NCBI GenBank assembly: GCA_047495785.1
Contig: JBLDXI010000032.1
Location: forward strand, 4,402,001 to 4,466,000
Direction of reading: 5' to 3'
DNA: 64,000 nt
Origin: Lepidodermella squamata
Taxonomy: Eukaryota > Animalia > Gastrotricha
The notes beneath the pieces are model-generated. The model had not been told where the DNA came from. It saw only the letters and a program-made list of their open reading frames with translations, and did no database searches. The position numbers were made by a program, and so were the translations under genes. This document shows, piece after piece, positions 50,584 through 60,088 of the stretch; within the stretch, counting starts at the first letter, position 1, and each line of letters opens with the position of its first letter.

Positions 50584-51753
50584 TCAGTAAGGACTGCGGA
50601 ATCCGTTGCGGATACCCCATTGCCCGTTGACAGGTGGTGCGATGGGATGGATTCCCCAGTTTTTCACACCGGCGGGCACAGCGTAACCAGCAGAGCCAGC
50701 GCGCGCACCAACATTGTTCAGTTGCACACCGTTGCTGCCAAGGTAATTGGCACCGCCGTAGATGTTGCCGCCATATCCATTGACGCCGCCGTAGTAGCCG
50801 ATAGGTGATGGTAAGCCTTGGTTGACGGCGTATCCTGGGTTAGCTGAGAGGTATTGCGTCGAAGCGACGGGAGCGAGGTACAGATTCTGTTGGCTTGCAA
50901 CGGGGGCTGCGTAGCCGTAGCCGGCGACTCCGCCATAGCGAGCTGCTCCAGCGGAAAGCGGCACTTGCGCAGCGTAGCCACCTACAATTAGTAAGATGAA
51001 GCTTCAATTAGCCGTATAGTGTAAACTGTCTTACGGTAGACAGGGGCGGCATAATAATTCGCGGCGGGACCTTGGCGGACCTGCTGGTCGTTCACCTGGA
51101 ATTGCTTGCCACCTTCCTCAGCGCCGTTGCTCGCAGCAGCCTGGAAGCCTCCTTCCCCAGCCCCGCTAAAGCGACCAGCACCAGCTTGAGCGCCTTGAGC
51201 GCCCTGGGCTCCTCGGGCACCACCGTAGGCAAAACCATTGTCATAACTGCCGCCAGCCTGCTCGGCAGCAGCAGAGGTGCGCTCAGATGCAGCCAAAATG
51301 GATGCTCCATGTTCATAACGTCCAGCTGGCAAAAATTAAATTGGTAAATTTATTGCCCAGATTCAAAAACAACTAACCGGATTGATCAGCACCAGCTCGC
51401 TCGCCACCATTTGAGTAAACATAAGCTCCTTGTAAAGAAACCCAAATAAATTAAGTTTTAGATGAATCATATAATTTTGCCCACCTTGCGAGCCCTGTGC
51501 ACCTTGGGATTGTTGTTGCCCCACACCGTTGCCTTGAACCTATACGTAGATATAGCGGATATATGCATCGCTAAAAATTGTGTTTTGAACTAACACGATA
51601 GCCAGCGTCGGCCGCCGCGGTGTCAAATGCGTGTTGGCCGGCATCGACGGCAGCTTGTTGGCCAGCGACGGCTTGTTGTCGAGGGATGAGGTAGTATTGA
51701 GCGTTTGCAGCAGCAAACAGCCCTACGACGATAAGTGATGTCGAATAATACAT
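50584..51753 (-). CDS. Secreted core-family protein H (divergent, 5 exons), Tyr/Pro-containing tail
   Basis: Exons 51753-51595, 51539-51485, 51428-51378, 51325-51035, 50981-50584. The spliced product restores AGRYEHGASILAASERTSAAAEQAGGSYDNGFAYGG with family spacing. Confidence 0.82.
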
Positions 51754-53580
51754 GATATAAAATAACTGTTTTGTTTCTAAAATATATTTCGACTTTATAA
51801 GTATTTAAAATAATGAAATAGGAAGGAGATAGTTGATGAAAGCGATGCGGTTTTAAATTCTGCGTTTTATATCGATAGCCGAATGCAAAGAATGCTCGTG
51901 CTAGACGAGAACATGTAAGGCTGGCTAATCACTGGCCGCGATCAGGTAGCCAACTCATGCCACGTGCAGTCTCGTGCATTACACAAGTTTCTCAATTAGA
52001 TGTACATTAATAATCTACCGGTCAAGTCGCAGACGATGATTCACATGCAGGGTCGTTTGTTCTGAGCTCGAAGCGCTCTGATATCGCAATTGTGAGACAC
52101 TTTCTGCGATGTTTAGGACATCGGCTAAAAACAAATAAGTATTTGAATATCGGCAACACCGGAAACATGTGCAAGCTAGCAGGATATCGTCGACTGAAGG
52201 TTGGTGCGAATTATTAGCGTAGCTACGGCATCTGATTGCCTTGCCGTCCAGCCAACCTAATAGCGTGGTTAGGTTGGCTAGACTGTTAATGAAAAAACAC
52301 TCATCGCGTCAACAAAAGCCAAAGGGCATTATACCCGGTGCTAATGTAGGCAGGAGGCGTTATGAGCGGCCGGCGGTAAGATGCGCCCCTTCACCTTTAC
52401 ACGTCAATCGTGCCGACCATTTTATTATATTATCACTGCGCTTAATAGCCCGTTGTAGACAATGCGTTGAGCTCTGAGCTGTGGTTTGTGTGTCAATCCT
52501 ATTAAAAAATGAATTATCCTATTCTTTACGAGGCTATCATGTTTCCACAAGTCAATTAAAAAGGTGGCCAGAATTTCGCTTCAATTATATCTGCAGGTCA
52601 GAAAGCTAACCTGCTATATAATTAAAACCGCCAACTGCACTCCTGGAAAATGGCAATAAAATGGCAATCTTTCCTTTCTCATCAATGAATTATTTGTCAA
52701 AGGACAAATTGACGTTCAGAAGATTCTTCTTTATTCTCTATTCTTTCAAAGCCTTCTGAAATTCTGGGTCTGGGATATCTGTTGTAAGAAATTGGAAATT
52801 AAATTTGAATATGAAGTATGAATACGAAATGACTGAAATGATTAGAAAATTGGTTTTTTCAGTTTGTTCAGTTTCTGCTTCTCAATAAGCTTATCTCAAT
52901 GCAGTTTCCTGCTCTCGCCAAATTATGCCGAAAACAAAAAAAACAATAGAAATACAGTGTGATTTTAGTGAAGTAGCTGATTGTCTTTCCGATCGAACTT
53001 ATAGGCTTATGTTTCTATGAAGGTTCGTTATCGATAATAATTTGCAGTATTCACGGAGATTCACCCATTAAATCTTGGATCTCGCGTTGAGAAAATTCGA
53101 CAACGAAATATTGCTAACACAATTTCCGAATACAATTCTGCCTATTTTTATGAGTAGGCAAAACTTGGATCAATGGATGGAACGAAGTTTTGATTAACTT
53201 TCATGATTCAGCTTTGTGTGGTATTGCACTCGACCAAATGTCTATTTGGCAAACATTCGATTTTAGACTATGCGTAGAGCAACAATTACAGGATCTCATT
53301 TCGCCATTGTATACCTGAGTCAACGCTAACACGAGGTAAACTACGACAGATGAGTTGCCAAAATGATTTATTTTCTCTCTTTGCTCAGACAAGAGCTTGT
53401 ATTAAAACCAATTGAAAATCGCCTCACGCTTGTCTTCTCTGAAGAAAGCTGAGGTTCACCGTTTACCTCACCGTTCAACTTTAGCTTTCGCTTCAGTTGC
53501 GCTGAGATAACATTGTGCTAATTCATCTGAATAGAGGATTTTATTTTTTTATGGCAGTGTGGATCGCTAGGAAAGAACGC

Positions 53581-54481
53581 TTAGTAGGCGAAGCCGTAAC
53601 CAGCGTAGCCAAGACCGTTGACGCCATTGAGGCCAAGGCCGAGACCGTTGACGTTGTTGTAGCCACGGGCGTAGCCAGTCTGGTAGCCATAGCCAAGACC
53701 GTTGACACCGTTGAGGCCAAGACCGAGTCCGTTGACGCCGTTGACGCCGTTGACACCGTTGACGCCGTTGAGGCCAAGACCGTTGACGCGGTTGAGGCCG
53801 AGGCCAAGACCGAGTCCGTTGACGTTGTTGACGCCGTTGACGCCGTTGACACCGTAGACGCCGTTGACGCCGTTGACACCGTTGAGGCCGAGGCCAAGAC
53901 CAAGACCGTTGACGTTGTTGACGCCGTTGACACCGTAGACACCGTTGACGTTGTTGACACGGTTAAGACCGAGGCCAAGGCCAAGACCGTTGACAGCATT
54001 GACACCGTTGACGCCATAGACACCGTTGTTGAGGCCGAGGCCATTCAGACCGTTGAGGCCATTGAAGCCAAGACCCTCGCGCTGACCAGCCTGAGCGCCG
54101 AAGAGGCCAGCCTGGGCACCAGAGGCCTGGTTAAGACCGAAGCTGTAAAATTAAACCGTTTGTTAATATTAAAGCTTGGAATAAGAATGCAGCAGTATGC
54201 TGACAAAATCATATTCATGTGCCAAACCATGCAAAATTGGCCGATAAATTGTTAGATCAAAAAAACGATAAATTGTCGAACCCCGAGTAACGTCATGATG
54301 AATTTTGCAAGTTTTCCATGATTTAACACAATCAACCAAGTACTTACTTGGTGTAAAGGGGAGCATAGCCATGGCCAGCACCACGAACACCGAAGTTGTT
54401 TCCGTAGAAACCGTTGTTAAGACCAAGGATGTTGGCCTGGGCATAGCCGAAAAGGGCGACGGCGACGAGGAACTTGTACAT
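53581..54481 (-). CDS. Secreted (Gly-Val-Asn)n / GLGL repeat protein I, ends GFAY
   Basis: Exons 54481-54348 (MYKFLVAVALFGYAQA...) and 54142-53581. The true frame is absent from the ORF track. Confidence 0.85.
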
Positions 54482-55455
54482 TTTGGACTGAAGGCTTAAG
54501 AGTCGTGAAAAGATGTCAGATGGGCGAAAATGCTGATGGCTAGGCTGTCGCGTTAATACGTTGCTTTTATACCGGCCGAGGTGGCTCGTATAACCGATGG
54601 GGGGCCCTGGCGCGTGCCGAAACGTGCCATGAAGCAATTTAATTTGCTCGCGCCATCAATACGGCAAACCGTTAACCTCCCGCTTTTATCCTCAAGCAAG
54701 TTCGGGATAACTTAGAATTCGGTATTGCCATAGCCTTTGCTGATGTAAGGTATGAAAGACCAAGCCGGAAATATTCCGTCGGCGTGGTGCGAGGTCACAA
54801 TCCATAACTGGAGAGGCCGGTCGGAGCTTTCGGGTGGCTACGGTCGTCAGTTTGGTCATCACATGTACGCATGGCTAGCTAGTCTGATGTACATTTTTTA
54901 TTGACCAACTTTTTGCATTATTTTCTTTCGGACGTTCTCACGTCATACTCGCGTTGCCAGGAGGTGTTGATAGTCGCGCTCTACCTCTATTACCACCGCA
55001 GCCCCCGCACGATAGCCAATGCTCGTGTTGTTTTAACGTTTTTTCATCATCGCTCTCCTTCACAAGTGAAATTATGACGTTTTTTATTCGTATTATTGCT
55101 ATCTCGAGGTGTCGCAGCCGGCATATACATCTAAACCTTGGAGAGACATGTTTTCGAGAGAGTTCCATCTACCTCGGCTGCTTGATAAAAAGGCTTGGCC
55201 AGCATGTATCTCAATGCAAATCTTTATTGCTTTTGCTAAACATGGAATTACATATTATAAATTATAATGAGTATAGCATTGTGCCGCACATCGGCCGAAA
55301 AGAATGATGGGAAGAATGAAATATAAATTGGAAACAAGTGTCTCATGGAAATGCTTCCCGGAAGAATTTCATTGCGATGTAATATTCAGTTTCTTTATTC
55401 TTCTTCTTTCACGTCCGTCTACTTCTTTATAATTCTGCGCCGGTTTGGTACCACT

Positions 55456-56256
55456 TCAGTTGCGCCCTGCCTGTCGTCTATCAGAATTCCAATCCCGTCT
55501 CCTGGTGTTGCTGGGTTTCCGATTGTTATAATCATCGTCATCGCCTTCGTAGTAATAATCATAGTCGTCGTCGTCGTTGTCCAACTGATTGCTTCCGCGC
55601 CGACTATTCTGATCAGTCCTGCTTGCGTAACGATCGTTGCTATTGGAATTTCTCCTGCTCGAACTCGGAGAATTGGAATTTCTGCTCAAAAGAAACTCCA
55701 TGAACTGTTCCCACAATTCTTGGGGATTCGTCGGCATCCAACTGACTCGATTAGTCGTTTGTGGTCTTGAGGTACTGGTGGTTTGCGGTTGTTGAGGGGG
55801 TGGTGGCGGTGGCGGCCGTTCAGGTCTCCGCGACCGGTCGCCCCGCCTCCAAGGCCCATATCCCTCGTCTTCACCTTGATCATTATCATCACCGAACCAC
55901 CGTCCGAAAAAGCGTTCATTGTTATCGTTATTCCGTGATTGCGGCCGTGCCACAGTTGTTGTAGGTACAGTGGTTGCAGGCGCTGTAGTAGTTACAGATG
56001 CGACCGTGGTCATCTTCACGGTGGTGCTAGAGGTGGGCGTATCTCTTGACTGATTTCTCGTCTGAACAGTAGCCGCTTTTCCGCGATTGCGTCTATCTCG
56101 TTGGTTGTATTCCTCATCGTCGTCCTCATCGTCGTAATAGTTGTAATTTTGTTGCCATCTTCTACTTCCTCGGTCATGTCGCTGGCGTTGGGCTCTCGCA
56201 ACAGCAGCTATAAACAGCAAGCCGAACAGAGATAACACTAATTTATTATAATTCAT
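55456..56256 (-). CDS. Secreted disordered Asp/Arg/Asn/Thr-rich protein J
   Basis: Signal peptide MNYNKLVLSLFGLLFIAAVARA, acidic Tyr-Asp blocks, Thr-rich segment, poly-Pro, one amphipathic helix (ELWEQFMEFLL). Confidence 0.8.
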   Translation of the reverse strand: MNYNKLVLSLFGLLFIAAVARAQRQRHDRGSRRWQQNYNYYDDEDDDEEYNQRDRRNRGKAATVQTRNQSRDTPTSSTTVKMTTVASVTTTAPATTVPTTTVARPQSRNNDNNERFFGRWFGDDNDQGEDEGYGPWRRGDRSRRPERPPPPPPPQQPQTTSTSRPQTTNRVSWMPTNPQELWEQFMEFLLSRNSNSPSSSRRNSNSNDRYASRTDQNSRRGSNQLDNDDDDYDYYYEGDDDDYNNRKPSNTRRRDWNSDRRQAGRN

Positions 56257-56837
56257 TCTAAACAAGATAAAAACATGAACAAGCGATGAAAGACAGGTTA
56301 AAAAAGAGCATATATGCTTTCCCGATTTGGAATAAGCCTACGCAGCAAAACGAAAGTTGTATCTAGATATGGCAACAGCGGCCAGCGCATATCGTTCGTT
56401 CCATTTCATGCTTTTTTGTTGATTCCCATCGACACGGTGCAGATTGGCCGAAACAAAACTAATTTAAAATCAAGGTTATCTAAGAACAATTAAATAAATA
56501 AATAAGAATGCTTAGGGTTTATTTAGCTGGGTTTTAACATTTTATTAGCTAAAATCGTTATGATTTTCGGTGCTAGTTCACCTCAATAAGATCGTCAAGA
56601 TTTTACAGTATTTCAAAGATATCTATCTACATTTGTTTCTGTGCAACAGATTTTTCAAAACGAAATGTTAAGGTAAAGGGAGAGAGCTGGGAGAGAGTAG
56701 GGCATATTTCAAGAAAAGAATCAACTTCAAGTTGATGGGTTGGCACACATTAGACGGTTTTTTCCCAGAAAAACCTTGACAAAAGCTAAGATTTGTCTCT
56801 TTCTCATACTTTCAAGTCGAATTTGTGTGCAACATTT

Positions 56838-57492
56838 CTAGTTCCAATCGTCACCGCGACCCCAGCGGTTTTGACGGTTTCCAGCTGGCGAACCGTAGCT
56901 TCCGCCACGACGACCACTTGGGTTGCGGTTATCATCATAGCCACCGCGGCCCCTTGATTCATTGTCAGGGCGCTCCCAGCCCCTGCGACCAGCAGGTTGG
57001 CGGTCGCGCTTGGCTTGCTCTTTGCGCTGTTGCCACTTTTGATACTGCTTGTACTCATCGGCGAAGCGCATGTGAAGCCATTTAAGAAACGGTTTCATCC
57101 ACGAATCGTCATCGGCTTTCTTAGTTTCATTCTTCGCGGTTCCATTAACGGAATGCCCGGCTGTTTCGTTACTCGGCCTTGAGTGACGTTTCTCGCCTCC
57201 TTTGTTGTCGTGACCACCGCGATTACGCCTGCGGAATTCAAAAAGTAAAAAAAGAGTGGATCATGAATCAGTTCGTTCTGGGTAAAAAAAAAACCCACGG
57301 GCCATCGTCGCCGTCATCATCGCGGTTACGACGCCAGTCGCCACTTGGCTTGCCCCAACCACCTCGAGCTCCACGGCCCCAATCATCATCAGAAGCTTCA
57401 TCTTCGTCATCCCAATTGCGATTTCTATGACCGCTGACTTGAGCTAGTTCGATGAGTACTAGCAGACCAGCAACAACAAGCCAAAGTTTCAT
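56838..57492 (-). CDS. Secreted Asp/Arg/Gly/Trp-rich protein K
   Basis: Exons 57492-57299 (signal MKLWLVVAGLLVLIELAQVSG) and 57228-56838, joined in frame. Confidence 0.8.
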
Positions 57493-57696
57493 TTTCAGAT
57501 ATCAAGATGATTTGAAAATTCTATAGCTAGGAAGAAGACAAATAAGAAATTATAATGTGACAATGATCATAGCAAAAGGAGTGCAATATATCTAAGCGCG
57601 ACATTTCCCAGCGAGTAGAACAGGCAATTGAAAGGAGTTAGTATGCGGAGTAATAGTTAGTTTGCCTTACAGTAGGCGCCTGCCTGCTCCTTCAGT

Positions 57697-57810
57697 CTCC
57701 CCGCACATGTCCCACTGATGTCTCTCTAAACGTAGCGAGCCATCAGTGGGGCATACGGGGGGAGTAGCCCGCACCTTAGATTCTCGAAGTTCGAGAATCT
57801 AAGGTGCGGG
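57697..57810. repeat. Two adjacent inverted repeats: an imperfect 24-bp-arm hairpin and a perfect 21-bp-arm palindrome
   Basis: 57768-57788 cccgcaccttagattctcgaa, 1-nt spacer, then 57790-57810 its exact reverse complement. 57697-57720 pairs imperfectly with 57741-57764 (core cccactgatg/catcagtggg). Confidence 0.85.
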
Positions 57811-58158
57811 TGCCGGATACTTTGAAAGCTCAAAAAATCACCAAGTTCAAATTGCGGGTGCTCATCTCTTTATTTTGCGCTATAAAAATGCATAGTTTAG
57901 AAAGGGTGTGGTCAATCTCAGAGATTGATATCGCAATACCGAAGAATCAATAAATCAAGTGCAATTTCCCAGAAACTTAGAAAAACCATCATGGTTCACA
58001 ATAAAAGTAAGTTACTTTCGCAACTTTCCGTGCTACAGAAAGATACAAATGGCGATTGAATTCGGCTTGCGAAAACAAAGAAAAGGGGAGGAATATTGTC
58101 AGTAAATAGATAGCTGTTCGTTTGCTGGGCTTTGGCATTAATGGCCTGAGGTCACAGT

Positions 58159-58912
58159 TTAGTTATCACCCCAACGGCCCCATTGTCCGCGACCACCGCG
58201 ATTCCAGCCTCCGTGGCCACCCTCACGGCGATTGTTCCAGCGACCTCCACGGCCTCCACGGCCTCCACGGTGGTCCTTGCGGCCCTTTCCTTCCCATTTG
58301 CCACCCCTGCGACCTCCACGGCGACCCTTGCCCCACTTGCCGCCCTTGCCGCCTTTACCGCCCTTGCGTCCACCGTGACGGCGGCCGAATGCACCATGAC
58401 GGCCTCCGAATGGGCCCATGCCGCCGAATCCACCATGACGGCCACCGAATTGGCTCATGCCACCGAATCCACCATGACGGCCTCCGAATGGGCCCATTCC
58501 ACCATGGCGGCCACCGAATCTGCCGGGACGGCCTCCGAAGGGACCTGGGAATCTACCATGGCCTCGTGAAAGACCTTTCTCATCGGAATCGTCCTATTAC
58601 AGAATGATAAATCTCAATTTTACAGCCAAAATATCAAGACACCTGACTTACATCGTCATCATCGCTGTCATCGCTGCTGTCACTGCTGTCGCTGCTATCG
58701 CTATCATCGTCGCTATCGTCGTCGTTCCTATTGCCTCCACGACGGCCACCGAATCGACCGCCGAATCCTTTACCGCCAAATGGACCGCCCCATGGGCCAC
58801 CGCGGCCAACTTCGTTCTTTCCTCGCCATTCGTCGCCTCCACGACGACGTCCTGGCTCAGCCAAGGCGACTGCGAAGAGCGCGACAAGGATAGCAACTAC
58901 GGCAAAGCGCAT
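58159..58912 (-). CDS. Secreted block polyampholyte L: RGG block, D/DSS tract, GPFGGRHGG repeats, K/R-Gly tail
   Basis: Exons 58912-58652 (signal MRFAVVAILVALFAVALA) and 58593-58159, phase-0 GT-AG intron. Confidence 0.85.
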
Positions 58913-60088
58913 GTTGGAATTAGTAGTAGATTGATAGGGATATTCTCGATGAGACTGGTTTGAATTCCGCTCATTTCGCTCGGCTTATATAGCCTCTGTG
59001 CTGGGTCGAATCCCATTCTGCCACCCATGAAACTTTGGCTGCGGCAAGCGTCGTGTGATTGCCATAATGCACGGGCAATCAACATCACAAGGTAATATTG
59101 AAAAAATGCATCAAATGTGCGTTGAGCTACATTTGTACGAATTCAGTCTACTGACTTAAGATTGATTGCCTTATTTATTGATTTGTTCGATCTGAGATCG
59201 CCGATTGGTGAGATCTTCGCTTTTCTGGTAGCTACGGTGTCGTGCTAATCCCCTGCGCTTCTTACACGCCACAACCCGGTTAAACCCAACGTTGTTTTTC
59301 GCAGTCAACCGATTTTTTTCTGTATCCATGTGATGATCTCCCACGTCATAAGTTCTTTTGTGTTCCTTGATCATTATTAAAATTACCAGGGAAAAGGTAG
59401 CTAATTGCTTGATGGCACTACACCTACGAGAGCACGACAGATGCTCAACCTTTCGAGCCTTTACTCTCGTGCTCACTAGAAAGTAATTAGTTGAAACCGC
59501 ATGACTCTCGTGTATATGCTAAATTTTCAGCTGCCAGATCAACCACTGAGAAGCATAAGCTTGTAGCAAAATTTGATTGTTGCCTGCTTGCTACAATTTG
59601 CGAACATCATTCCAGCTAACTTATCCTTTTTGCTACCAAATGGACGCATTCTACTCTACTTTACTCTCTTCTGATTTCTGAGACTGCCAGATAACTTTCT
59701 CCTGTCACCTGTAGCTTTGCAGTCAGAACGTAACTTGACTCGGAAGGCAGCATTGTAGATATTATGTAGAAGTAACAGATAATACATCAAATCTTGCCTT
59801 TTAATTCAATCACTTGCATTTATTCAATGCTATCATTCAATTTTGAATGGCAGTGCTAGTTTTTGCGCCAAGTCATGCGTAAAATCACGATCCCCTGACG
59901 AGCGGATACGGATAGATGACCAAAATGCATTGTATCAAAAACATCGAAGAGCCTAAACGCGGATATTGATGAAAATCTACACGGCGAAATAACTCCTAGG
60001 ATATGCTTATGCATATGATCATCTTAAAATAAAGTAACAACGGGTATTTCGTCGGACATATCATTGATGAGTGGAGCAGAGTCAAGGC

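Noticed and set aside
53640-54050. Regular short DNA repeats resembling a CRISPR array or satellite
   Set aside because: They are codon repeats of the GVN protein, with no unique spacers, in a eukaryotic context.
36585-54142. Calling the Gly-rich proteins collagens or known cuticular (R&R) proteins
   Set aside because: There is no sustained Gly-X-Y with Pro and no R&R or Cys-based chitin-binding consensus.
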